Shown: positions 48,252-57,858 of the stretch, piece by piece
How positions within the stretch are numbered: position 1 is the first letter of the stretch
Layout of the letters: the number at the start of each line of letters is the position of its first letter
Source: Candidatus Aenigmatarchaeota archaeon
Lineage (GTDB): Archaea > Aenigmatarchaeota > Aenigmatarchaeia > QMZS01
Assembly: GCA_023134135.1 (NCBI GenBank)
Contig: JAGLVB010000003.1
Location: 16,630-80,629, forward strand
Reading direction: 5' to 3'
DNA: 64,000 bases
Notes under the pieces: generated by a model
Told to the model about the DNA's origin: nothing
Seen by the model: only the letters and a program-made list of their open reading frames with translations
Databases searched by the model: none
Made by a program: the position numbers and the translations under genes

Positions 48252-48944
48252 ATGCCAACACTAAAACAAGAACTCCAAAAACTAAAAAACCCGGAGAAAG
48301 CAAAAGTTTATTTGAGATTTTTCAAAACAGGGAAAGGCGAGTACGGGGAGGGAGATACTTTTCTTGGAGTCACTGTTCCCGAGCAAAGAAAGACAGCAAA
48401 GAAATACATCAATTTATCACTTAAAGAATTGCAGGAATTACTGTCCTCAAACATCCACGAATACAGGGCATGTTCTTTGTTCATACTGATTGACAAATAC
48501 AGGAAATCAGATAAAACAGAAAAGAAAGAAATATTCAATTTTTACTTAAAGAACACAAATAATATCAACAACTGGGATTTGGTTGATATATCAGCCCCCC
48601 ACATTATCGGGGATTACCTCCTAAATAAAGACAGGAAAATTCTATACAAATTAGCAAAATCAAAAAACCTGTGGGAGAAAAGAATTTCAATAATCTCAAC
48701 ATTCACTTTCATAAAAAACAACCAGTTTGAGGATACCCTGAATATTTCCAAAATTCTCCTGAACGACAACCACGATTTAATACATAAATCAGTTGGATGG
48801 ATGCTAAGGGAAATTGGAAAGAGAGACCAGAATACAGAAGAAAAATTCCTTGAAAAACACCACAAAACAATGCCTAGGACAATGTTATGGTATTCAATTG
48901 AAAAATTCGACGAAACCAGAAAAAAATACTATCTTAGAAAATAA
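48252..48944 (+). CDS. AlkD-like DNA alkylation repair protein
   Basis: FFKTGKGEYGEGD.FLGV, NNWDLVD, LWEKR, HKSVGWMLRE.GK. Confidence 0.9.
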   Translation: MPTLKQELQKLKNPEKAKVYLRFFKTGKGEYGEGDTFLGVTVPEQRKTAKKYINLSLKELQELLSSNIHEYRACSLFILIDKYRKSDKTEKKEIFNFYLKNTNNINNWDLVDISAPHIIGDYLLNKDRKILYKLAKSKNLWEKRISIISTFTFIKNNQFEDTLNISKILLNDNHDLIHKSVGWMLREIGKRDQNTEEKFLEKHHKTMPRTMLWYSIEKFDETRKKYYLRK

Positions 48945-49008
48945 CCGCAAGTTATATCCTGAATGAATGAAGGTTATTGTCATTTAAAGTTTTAATGTTT
49001 CTGATTTT

Positions 49009-49419
49009 ATGGAAGTGTTGCACTTGGCAGGTAGTCTGTTTGACTTAGAAAAAATACCTGAAGAGGTTTATAAGAATTTCCATAATAGGGGCTTTGGCGT
49101 GCCTTTGACCGTACTTAAAGCTTACCAGATTTATCATGAAGCTAACGGCACTACAGAAGATGATTTTACAGATGCACTTCATAAAGTATATACCCAGAAT
49201 TCAGGACCATTTAAAAATTTCAACGAATACTTGTATTACATAGGAAAACCTGAGTTTACAGAGATAATTGAATCCGATGATTCATCCAAAATAAACAAAA
49301 ACAATCCTTATCTTTTAATGTTATCTTTGAGGGAAGAAAATGAAAAAGCAGGGTTAAAAAATGAAGATAATGAATTAGACAGAGGTCTGGAAATCCTTAT
49401 GCGATTGAGAAAATTATAA
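49009..49419 (+). CDS. Hypothetical protein
   Basis: 136-aa ORF. Confidence 0.55.
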   Translation: MEVLHLAGSLFDLEKIPEEVYKNFHNRGFGVPLTVLKAYQIYHEANGTTEDDFTDALHKVYTQNSGPFKNFNEYLYYIGKPEFTEIIESDDSSKINKNNPYLLMLSLREENEKAGLKNEDNELDRGLEILMRLRKL

Positions 49420-49446
49420 TCTTTACAACTTTTAGGTAATTCTAAA

Positions 49447-50322
49447 TTAGATAACTATCAAATACACTCCAAGCAACATAACAAGACAGGCAATGGCTTT
49501 TTTCAATATATTTTTTTCATGAAATATTTCCCCTCCTATTATTGTTGAAAAAAGAGTTCCTAATTTTTTGATAGGTATTACCAGACTTACATAAACCATG
49601 GATACTGCCTGCAACTGCAGAAGTCTGTAGGACACTGTAAAAACAGCAACAATAAATATCCATTTTCCTGCTTTCATTATTCCGTTTTTTATTCCATAAA
49701 TGCCATTGTGGAACAGATGAATCATTATGATAAAATTTATTGCTATAAAAAACTGCAGAGTTGCTAAATAAGTGACCGGTGTTATAAAACCAAGAGCATA
49801 TTTATCAATTATTGAACTTAAACCATAGAGAAAAACTGAAATAATTATATAGTGTATATATTTTGAGGTTGTAAACTCTTTTATTGTTTTTGCAAAATTG
49901 TTTCTGCCATTATTTGATTCCAATAGATAAGCTCCAATCATGAGTATTACAATTCCCACAATCTGAACTAAAGTAAGTTTTTCCCCGAGAAGTATAAATG
50001 CCAACACAGCCACTACAGCGGGATTGAAATTGAGCAATGGAGATACTATTGAAATATCCATATGCCTCATACTTTTCGCAATTAACAGAAACGCAACACT
50101 TCCGAGAAGCGAGGCGCAATAAATTAAAATAAGCAAATCTATTGAGTTATAAAAGATGCTAAAATCCGCAAAGACTAATAAAGGCAGGGATAAAATACAG
50201 TTGAATATTGCAAGAACTGTGGAAAATTCCATGGCATGCTCTTTGATTAATGTTCTTTTTTCAGTTATTGCGGCAAGTGAAACTACAAAAGCGCAGGCAA
50301 AAGCAAATATATACCACTCCAT
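49447..50322 (-). CDS. EamA/DMT-family transporter
   Basis: Ten TMs in two repeats, LGEKL / FHEK; probable start MEWYIF. Confidence 0.85.
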   Translation of the reverse strand: MEWYIFAFACAFVVSLAAITEKRTLIKEHAMEFSTVLAIFNCILSLPLLVFADFSIFYNSIDLLILIYCASLLGSVAFLLIAKSMRHMDISIVSPLLNFNPAVVAVLAFILLGEKLTLVQIVGIVILMIGAYLLESNNGRNNFAKTIKEFTTSKYIHYIIISVFLYGLSSIIDKYALGFITPVTYLATLQFFIAINFIIMIHLFHNGIYGIKNGIMKAGKWIFIVAVFTVSYRLLQLQAVSMVYVSLVIPIKKLGTLFSTIIGGEIFHEKNILKKAIACLVMLLGVYLIVI

Positions 50323-50420
50323 AAAATAATCATAATTGGTTTTATTCAAAACTAATTTTCACATTTAAGTTTATTTAAACAATTAAAATTGCATATAATC
50401 CATTAAGAAATAAATAATAT

Positions 50421-50702
50421 ATGGTAGACTCGCCATTATCCATTCTATTCCAGATTTTCTATGTAATCTTATCAAATACCATCATAACCATTACCACAGT
50501 TTTCTCATTATTTATAGAACTCATAAATTCTCTGATTTATGGAATTGCTGTTGGGGGTCCTTCAGGGGTTATTCTTGCATTCCTTATCTTAACTCCATTG
50601 GTATATTTTCTCAGTAAATTTGCAGTTGGAAGCGCAAGAACCGCATTAACCGCCCTGCTTACTTTGTTTATATTCTTCTTATTTTTTTCTTTATTTATCT
50701 GA
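50421..50702 (+). CDS. Small membrane protein
   Basis: 93 aa, hydrophobic. Confidence 0.55.
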   Translation: MVDSPLSILFQIFYVILSNTIITITTVFSLFIELINSLIYGIAVGGPSGVILAFLILTPLVYFLSKFAVGSARTALTALLTLFIFFLFFSLFI

Positions 50703-52475
50703 AGGCAAAGTCCTGTTAAGTTTTTCAAGCATATTTTTATCTAATGAATAATCAACAAGATGCAATGATGAAGCATGGTGCGAATAACAGCCCCAGGGAA
50801 TTTTCTTCCCTGTATCTTTCTCAATGTTTTGCAAAATAAAATTCCCCATTGCAAGAGAACCGTGGACATTTGCGGGGAATGCAAACCAATCGTGGGCTCT
50901 TAGATAGGCTGATGGCATAAACAACCAATCATACTTCAAATCATTTTCTTTTTCCACGCTCAAAGAAGGAACCAAAAACCTGCGTGTAACCCCATCCTTA
51001 TCATATTCCCGATAATAGGTTTTCCTGAAAAACGGAACAAACATACAATAACATGGGTTGTGCATTTTTCTTGGGTCAATTGGTTTTAAATCATCCGCAA
51101 CGTGCAACTGCAGGTAAGGTCTGTAAGTCCCGGTAATATTATCTTTAACAATAATGGAACAGGCTTTGGTAATTGCCAGCAATTGATTAAAACTTTGTTT
51201 TTGAATCCCTTTCAAATCATGATAGAAATTCAGGATTGATTTAAAATCAGGAACTTTTTCATAATATTTTTCCTGGAAAGATTTTACCAGTCTGATAATT
51301 CCTTCCTTCTCCTCTCTTTTGCAGGAATCCATTCCCTTTGCGGTAATCCTCGTTCCGTAAGAATAAGATAGATATTTCATGTCCGGAATGGAAGGAACTG
51401 TTTTTTCAAGATTTTCATCAAACACAACATTGCTCCAGGGAACTAAATAGTTCCACACCCCATAAGCTTTCAAATACTGCTTCATTTTTTCATCAGAATT
51501 GACCCATTCTACTGGCTTGTAATTTTTTGGATAAAGACCCTGCTCAAGATTTTCCACAACAATTGTTGTTGCAATCACATCCAGACCCATCCTGTTGCTT
51601 TCCTGTTTTACCCACACCCCGGCTCTTTTTAAAAAATCAACAAGTATTCTATGGGCTTCCTCAACAGTGGAAGCGTAAACCGTGGTTCCTGTTGTTGAAA
51701 ATGCTTCGTAAGGAAGGGACTGCAAATCAACCAAAGAATAAGACAACACCACAGGTTCTTTGTTTTCAGTCCCTTTATCAAACAAAGTGTGGGTAATTTT
51801 TTTTGGGTCTTCAATTTGTTTAAAGAGAGACGAAGGTTTTTCTCCATAGGTCAATTCATAAGCATTACTTGGTTCCTGCAAACAAAGCCGAATTATTAAA
51901 GTTATTAGAGTGGAATCAAAAACCCCAATCAAATCTATAACCACTAACTGTTCCCTAAATCTATTTATTGCTTCCAGACTGAGGTTTGGCAGATAAGGGA
52001 AAGAAGGACACTTTGTCCCAATTACTTTTCTATTTTCATCAACCCCTTTCAATATTAAGTTTTCAATTAAATCACCGGTTAAATGCCCGGAATCTCTTCC
52101 CGCAAGAATCAAAAACCTTATGTTTGGGTTTGAGATTGTGTTTGTTATCAGGAGCTCAACTCCCCTCGGGGTTAAACAGGGTCCTGTTGCGCATACTCCA
52201 GCATAGATTGCATGTTCCTGCAATTCCCTGTCCTGAGCCGGGCATATTAACATAACCGGGTTTGCAACATCCCCAATATCATAAGTTCCCGCATTCTGGG
52301 GCCATTTTATCTCTTCCATTAACTTGTCTCTTGGGTATTTTAGCAGTTTTTGGGCTTTCTTCGGGGTTCTCTTAAACTCAAACTTTCTCCTATCAACAAT
52401 AATTGAGAAATAATCCGGCAAATCATCCAGATTCCTGCCAGAACCGAGAAATTCCCGCAATTCTTTTAGATTCAT
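50691..52475 (-). CDS. Fusion of an MtrA-like (cobamide-binding methyltransferase) domain and a thymidylate-synthase-like domain
   Basis: N-half: GPCLTPRGVELLITNTISNPNIRFLILAGRDSGHLTG...PYLPNL..EAINRFREQL..IDLIG; C-half: YSYG.R, NQL, NPC, LRAHDWFAFPAN, G.YSH.ASSLH. Confidence 0.8.
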   Translation of the reverse strand: MNLKELREFLGSGRNLDDLPDYFSIIVDRRKFEFKRTPKKAQKLLKYPRDKLMEEIKWPQNAGTYDIGDVANPVMLICPAQDRELQEHAIYAGVCATGPCLTPRGVELLITNTISNPNIRFLILAGRDSGHLTGDLIENLILKGVDENRKVIGTKCPSFPYLPNLSLEAINRFREQLVVIDLIGVFDSTLITLIIRLCLQEPSNAYELTYGEKPSSLFKQIEDPKKITHTLFDKGTENKEPVVLSYSLVDLQSLPYEAFSTTGTTVYASTVEEAHRILVDFLKRAGVWVKQESNRMGLDVIATTIVVENLEQGLYPKNYKPVEWVNSDEKMKQYLKAYGVWNYLVPWSNVVFDENLEKTVPSIPDMKYLSYSYGTRITAKGMDSCKREEKEGIIRLVKSFQEKYYEKVPDFKSILNFYHDLKGIQKQSFNQLLAITKACSIIVKDNITGTYRPYLQLHVADDLKPIDPRKMHNPCYCMFVPFFRKTYYREYDKDGVTRRFLVPSLSVEKENDLKYDWLFMPSAYLRAHDWFAFPANVHGSLAMGNFILQNIEKDTGKKIPWGCYSHHASSLHLVDYSLDKNMLEKLNRTLPSDK

Positions 52476-52541
52476 ATATAATATCCTAAAGAATATTGAA
52501 ATATTCAGAATTTGATAACTATTTAATTTTTATTCTTAATT

Positions 52542-52928
52542 ATGGCAGACTTTATCTACAAGGGGAAAAAGCCAAAAGAGCTTTCAAGAGAGGAATTTGT
52601 AGAGCTATTGCCCTCTGAAATAAGAAGGAAATTTAAGAGAGGTCTTACAGAAGAAGAAAACAAGGTATTAACCGCAGTAGACAAGTTTAAAGAACAAAAA
52701 GGGCGAAAATTTGTTAAAACCCATTGCAGAGACATGATAATTTTACCTGAAATGATAGGGCACAAAATCGGGATTCATAATGGAAAAGAATTTGTTGCAG
52801 TTGATATTACTGATGAACTTGTGGGGCATAGGCTTGGTGAATTCGCATTAACAAGAAAATCACTTCATCACGGTTCTGCTGGTATAGGAGCTTCAAAGGG
52901 AACAAAGTTTAGCGCTTCCAAAAAATAA
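52542..52928 (+). CDS. rps19: 30S ribosomal protein S19
   Basis: [34 protein letters not shown]. Confidence 0.96.
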   Translation: MADFIYKGKKPKELSREEFVELLPSEIRRKFKRGLTEEENKVLTAVDKFKEQKGRKFVKTHCRDMIILPEMIGHKIGIHNGKEFVAVDITDELVGHRLGEFALTRKSLHHGSAGIGASKGTKFSASKK

Positions 52929-52979
52929 TACGGTTCAATTAAATTTAGCACAATTTTAAAACTATAATATTTTTGGAAC

Positions 52980-53651
52980 TTATTTTTTCTGGGATATCGC
53001 ATAATCTAAAGCAAAGTCATCGTAAATTTTACTTCCAAAATCCACTACTTTGTAATCTACAGATTCTAAATCCTGTTTCATATTATAGGGGTTCTCACAT
53101 GTACCGCTAGTGTTTCCGCAAAGACGAGTAATTATGATTTTATTGGCTCCAGTATCGGATAATGCGCCTACAGTAATATTGTCATCCAAACCTAAAGAAT
53201 CAAACCCTCCCGGATTTTTTCCAAATACAGAAGAAGAATTCCCATATAACACATCCATACTCAATACACAATCTGGTGAATATTGAGCCTCAATACCATA
53301 AATCATATCCCAGTTAACTGCTTCAACTCTATCTTCTACACCCAACCTCTTCGCATTCTGTAGAAACATTTCCAAGACTTTAGAATCATTATCCAATCCA
53401 ATTAAATTATCCATATAACCATTTTTCAATAAAAATAATGAATTTATGCCTTGCCCCACACCTACATCAAGAACCGTTTTATATCCTTTTACAAAAGGTC
53501 CTATCAAATCGAAAATGCAAGTTCTTTTAAATCTATCTTCTTTAACATCTGTCTTTCTATTGAAATTATCTAAAATATAATCAAAGGTTGATTTATCTAT
53601 TATATCAAAATAATTGTCATATAGACCGCACCTTAAAATATCATCACCCAT
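52980..53651 (-). CDS. Class I SAM-dependent methyltransferase
   Basis: VLDVGVGQG, IGLD. Confidence 0.8.
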   Translation of the reverse strand: MGDDILRCGLYDNYFDIIDKSTFDYILDNFNRKTDVKEDRFKRTCIFDLIGPFVKGYKTVLDVGVGQGINSLFLLKNGYMDNLIGLDNDSKVLEMFLQNAKRLGVEDRVEAVNWDMIYGIEAQYSPDCVLSMDVLYGNSSSVFGKNPGGFDSLGLDDNITVGALSDTGANKIIITRLCGNTSGTCENPYNMKQDLESVDYKVVDFGSKIYDDFALDYAISQKK

Positions 53652-53728
53652 AAATAATCAGATAATAGTTTATTAAGTCTAATTACTCAGCGGTGCTAAA
53701 AGTATTTAATTTTTTTAGTATATTTAAT

Positions 53729-54226
53729 ATGGGAAATTATCCGGAAAGAGACTGGAGCAATTTTATAGATGATGAAACTAAAAAAGCAATAGGCTCTGCC
53801 ACAATAAACGAAGGAATGGGTGGAATCACATATGCCTTAAAACTTCTAAAAGAAGCTTGGACAGAATGGGGTGAAAAAAACCCTGAATACCCGACAAATA
53901 TTCATAAAGGTTGCGGCGATGCTCGGATGATTTTAGATATAGACTATAAATTTTTAGGCATTAAGAATCTTTCGAATGGCAGGATAAAACCTTTAGTAGA
54001 AGAAGGAATGAATTTTTTACGTAAAAAAGGTGAACTTAAAGGCAGTTACAACCTAAAAAAAGATATAGTAAATTGTGTAGATGAGGTGTTAGTGCCTAAG
54101 AATACTTATACAGGCGAATTATATAAATATAATAAAATGTTGTACTTAATAGTTCCTGAAGACCATCCTTTTCAGAAGAATGTATATATTGACTTAAATA
54201 CATTCTCTTTGTACTCAAAATATTAA
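53729..54226 (+). CDS. Hypothetical protein
   Basis: Probable start MGNYP at 53729. Confidence 0.55.
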   Translation: MGNYPERDWSNFIDDETKKAIGSATINEGMGGITYALKLLKEAWTEWGEKNPEYPTNIHKGCGDARMILDIDYKFLGIKNLSNGRIKPLVEEGMNFLRKKGELKGSYNLKKDIVNCVDEVLVPKNTYTGELYKYNKMLYLIVPEDHPFQKNVYIDLNTFSLYSKY

Positions 54227-54309
54227 TGATTTTGCCCTTATTTTCGTTCGTGAGATATACCTGAATTTTGCAATAAATCGATACTTATTAATTTTATTTG
54301 AAAAGGTTT

Positions 54310-54996
54310 ATGTATAGCAGAAAAGTTGAGGGGGATAATGTGGCAAAAGCATGCTCAAATAACCTTAGAATATCAGTTAAAAACGCCAAACCAGTGTGCA
54401 AATCAGTAAGAGGTCTTGGGTTGCCTGTAGCAAAACAGTTCCTTGAAGATGTTTTGAAAGCAAAAAGGAACATCGGAGGTCGATATTACCCTAAAACAAC
54501 AAGAGAAGTCCTGAATATAATTTTATCCGCTGAAAAGAATGCGGAGTTTAAGAATCTTGATACAGAGAATATGTACATTCTGCACATAGCGCCTTTGGAA
54601 GGAACGCATATGCACAGGAGAAGGCACAAAAGGAACATAGGTTCAAGAATAAAAGCAGCTCATCTTGAAGTAATTCTTAAAGAACGTGTTGGGAAAAAGG
54701 CAGTTGAATCCAAAACAAAAACCGAAGCTAAAAAAGATGAAATAAAAAAAGATTTAAAAACACAGATAACTAAAGAGATTGAAACTAAAGTGAGAACTCA
54801 GATTGCGGAAGAGAAAAAGACCGAGATAAAAACGCCTGTGGAAAAGAAAGTTGAAGTTAAAGAAAAAACCGAGACAAAAACAGAAGAAAAAACCGAAGTT
54901 AAAAAGGTCGAGACAAAAACAGAAGAATCAAAAGATAATCAGGAAGTGAAAAAAGTTAAAGCGGAAACCAAGAAAAAAATAGAAAACAAAATCTAA
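54310..54996 (+). CDS. rpl22: 50S ribosomal protein L22 with long Lys/Glu/Thr-rich C-terminal extension
   Basis: LRISVK, GRYYPK, SAEKNAEFK.LD, HLEVIL.E; about 100-aa repetitive tail. Confidence 0.9.
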   Translation: MYSRKVEGDNVAKACSNNLRISVKNAKPVCKSVRGLGLPVAKQFLEDVLKAKRNIGGRYYPKTTREVLNIILSAEKNAEFKNLDTENMYILHIAPLEGTHMHRRRHKRNIGSRIKAAHLEVILKERVGKKAVESKTKTEAKKDEIKKDLKTQITKEIETKVRTQIAEEKKTEIKTPVEKKVEVKEKTETKTEEKTEVKKVETKTEESKDNQEVKKVKAETKKKIENKI

Positions 54997-55083
54997 TACT
55001 AAAAATTTCTTAATGAATTATGATTTTACGATAATATTTATCATCTTATTTGCCTGATTAATTTTATTTATCTTTTTACTATA

Positions 55084-55815
55084 ATGTTATTAATATACTG
55101 TTTGCATGGCGATGAAATCATTACAGAAAAAATAGCCAAACAATTAAATAAAAAATATGGAATTAATATCCTGCTGGGAAATCCGGAAGCGAGAAATAAA
55201 CAAATACGATTCTCAGAATCAGACCTTAACCGCAGCTTTAATAAAAGAGGCACTCAGGAATCACAAAGAGCCAAAGAATTGAAACAAATCTTATCCAAAA
55301 GGAATGAAGATATAATCATTGATTTGCACACAACAACAGCAAAGATGCCGCCCATAGGAATCATTACCAATTTAAAACAACTTAAGCTTGCATCGCGATT
55401 AGGGGTGGAGAACCTAATTTTAATGAATGATCGATTTTCAACAGGGGGAAGTTTGATAGAAAATATTCCAAATTCTATTTCCTTGGAAATTTACCCTGAC
55501 AAAAAAAGTATCAAAGATGCAAAGAGAATGATTCTTAACAGCCGAAATCCCGAAATGAAATTAAAGTCCTTTAATATTTACGAGATAATAAGTAGTGTAA
55601 AAATAGAAAGTGTAGAAAAAGATATCACAAATCTACAAGAACTAAATGATGGTCATTACCCGGTTTTTTATGGAGAAAAAGCATACAAAGATATTGCTTA
55701 TTTGAAAGCGAGAAAGAAAGTTATAACCCTTCAAATTAATCAAAAAAAAAAAAAAATAATATATTTAAGTGGAATCAAAAATAAAAACAACCAAATTAAA
55801 CTATATTTAATTTAA
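55084..55815 (+). CDS. Succinylglutamate desuccinylase/aspartoacylase-family (M14-like) hydrolase
   Basis: HGDE, GNP.A, DLNRSF, IDLHTT, VFYGEKAY. Confidence 0.8.
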   Translation: MLLIYCLHGDEIITEKIAKQLNKKYGINILLGNPEARNKQIRFSESDLNRSFNKRGTQESQRAKELKQILSKRNEDIIIDLHTTTAKMPPIGIITNLKQLKLASRLGVENLILMNDRFSTGGSLIENIPNSISLEIYPDKKSIKDAKRMILNSRNPEMKLKSFNIYEIISSVKIESVEKDITNLQELNDGHYPVFYGEKAYKDIAYLKARKKVITLQINQKKKKIIYLSGIKNKNNQIKLYLI

Positions 55816-55827
55816 TCTAATAATATA

Positions 55828-57009
55828 ATGTTCGGAGGCGTCTTTGAGATAATAAGTTTTGTGCTTTTCATTGCATTGATGTTCTTTTTCCCAAAAATCA
55901 TGCTCTACCAGATTCTTACATTATTAAATGCCAAAGCCGCAAGTTACGAAGAAATGACAACAAAAGCGCAGAAATTAATACTCAAAAAAATAGACAGGAA
56001 AACAAAACTTACAAACAAACAACTGAAAGCCAGTATAGACAGAATAATGGAGACTTTTGTTGTTGAACCCGATTCCATAGACCCCAATGGCATTGCAAAA
56101 AAAGTCAGATATATTACAAATAGGCACGACAAAAAACTTGATTTATTTGTTGAAGATATTACTGAAGGATTTTCAAAAGAATACAAGAAAAATTTATCCG
56201 CAAGCATAACCCACACAATTGGTTTGTACCAAATAACAAAGATTATAAAACATTTTATTGAACTTATAAAACAGACAAAAAATTTCCAGATAGGAATGAT
56301 ACTGCAGATGCAATTGCCTTTTATTGATAAACAGATGAAAGCATTATCCAGTTCAATACCAGCTTTTATAAACAATCTGCCTGTTGGGGACTGCATAGGT
56401 CCACTTTACGCCGCAAATATAATCGGAGATTCAAAAACTGAAGAGATTACAGAAGGGACTGTTGTTGTAAAGAAAAAAATTAAAGGAAAAGAAGTCTTTA
56501 TATTAAAAGCTGATGGTCCAGGAGCAAACCTTGGAAATGTTGATGAAGCAATCAGGAAAATTGTTGCAAAGAACAAAATAGATAAGATAATTACAATAGA
56601 TGCGAGCGGGGCTCTTGAAAGCGAGAAAATAGGATTGGTTGCGGAAGGAGTTGGGTTTGCAATGGGTCCAAGAGGAGCAGAAAGATTCTTTGCTGAAACA
56701 TTCCTCACAGATAAAAACATTCCTGTTGATGGAGTTATAGTTAAAATGAAGCCTGAACAGGCATTAATGCCAATGAAAAAAGAGATTAAAGAAGCACTTC
56801 CTTTTGTTGATGAAGCAGTATGGAGGTGCATGAAAGAAGTGAAAAAGAAAGTGATAATTGTGGGTGTTGGGCTTACAGTTGGAGTTGGAAATAACAAAAA
56901 AGCCGCAGAACTTGCAGAAAAGAATATTGATGCTTATAACAAGAAAATTGAAGCAGAACTAAAGAAAAAGGAGAAAAAAGGATTTTGGGCTAAGTTATTT
57001 GGAGATTAA
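55828..57009 (+). CDS. DUF1512-family archaeal protein
   Basis: N-terminal TM, P...DP.G, PVGD.IGPL, KA.GPG, ITIDA..LE.E..G.VAEG.G, GVG.TVGVG. Confidence 0.8.
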   Translation: MFGGVFEIISFVLFIALMFFFPKIMLYQILTLLNAKAASYEEMTTKAQKLILKKIDRKTKLTNKQLKASIDRIMETFVVEPDSIDPNGIAKKVRYITNRHDKKLDLFVEDITEGFSKEYKKNLSASITHTIGLYQITKIIKHFIELIKQTKNFQIGMILQMQLPFIDKQMKALSSSIPAFINNLPVGDCIGPLYAANIIGDSKTEEITEGTVVVKKKIKGKEVFILKADGPGANLGNVDEAIRKIVAKNKIDKIITIDASGALESEKIGLVAEGVGFAMGPRGAERFFAETFLTDKNIPVDGVIVKMKPEQALMPMKKEIKEALPFVDEAVWRCMKEVKKKVIIVGVGLTVGVGNNKKAAELAEKNIDAYNKKIEAELKKKEKKGFWAKLFGD

Positions 57010-57108
57010 TCTTCCGTAACCACCCATAAAACAATCGGGGTACTTTTCAGTAAAATTTTGATTAAATTAATTTACTTATGAATAATAAGTTATAAATTTG
57101 CATTAATT

Positions 57109-57666
57109 ATGACATGGGAAACTATTGAAAGACCTGGATATTTTGGAAAGAAAAGAAATGAATTATATACTCATTGGGATGAACAATTTGGTCAAGATAA
57201 TTGGAGAATCGCATGGGAATTTGGAGAGAATTACTTTTCAAAGATTCCAGCACTCGAACTTGTATATACTACAGGATATTATGAAGATTTACGAGCTAAT
57301 CCTTATAAAGTTGAATTTTTAAAAAAATGGAAAGATGTTTGGGATACTGCAAAGACAAACATTGATTCAGGGTTGGATTTTGGAATTCAGGAAACACCAA
57401 ACAATCATTATCATGACATTGCAATAAGAAGATCTTTGAAAATGCTCGGAATTTCATTTGAAGGAAAAGAATTATTGCATATAAGATGGAAAAATAGTAA
57501 AGGGTTTGATTATAATCCTGCAATGACACCTTTTCATAGACCTGATTTAACACCTCAGGAACCAATAAAAGATTATGGAAATAAAGGTTTCTGGTGGGAA
57601 AAAGGAATTGATAACTCAATAGAAGAATGGTATCAAAGAGCTAAAGTTCTCCAAATCCAAAAATAA
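57109..57666 (+). CDS. Hypothetical protein (Trp-rich)
   Basis: 185-aa ORF; RPGYFG, H.HDIAIRR, SIEEWYQ look like conserved motifs. Confidence 0.65.
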   Translation: MTWETIERPGYFGKKRNELYTHWDEQFGQDNWRIAWEFGENYFSKIPALELVYTTGYYEDLRANPYKVEFLKKWKDVWDTAKTNIDSGLDFGIQETPNNHYHDIAIRRSLKMLGISFEGKELLHIRWKNSKGFDYNPAMTPFHRPDLTPQEPIKDYGNKGFWWEKGIDNSIEEWYQRAKVLQIQK

Positions 57667-57858
57667 TCCTGTCTATTTATTAAAACTAAATATTTTATGA
57701 TTGACATCCAATATACCCATAAAACAAATAGTTATACTTGATTAAGTCTCAAATATATTTTATAAATAACTAACTATTACATAAATTTGTTTAGATTGGG
57801 TATTTTATTCAATATGTTACTACTATGACAGGGTATATATATAAATACTTATAATTAT

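Noticed and set aside
50691-52475. Evidence for methanogenesis from the MtrA domain
   Set aside because: A single domain fused to ThyA, with no membrane anchor and no other mtr/mcr genes
55020-55080. Possible remnant of the DUF1512 5' end upstream of the deacylase gene
   Set aside because: Similarity is too weak in AT-rich sequence to support by eye
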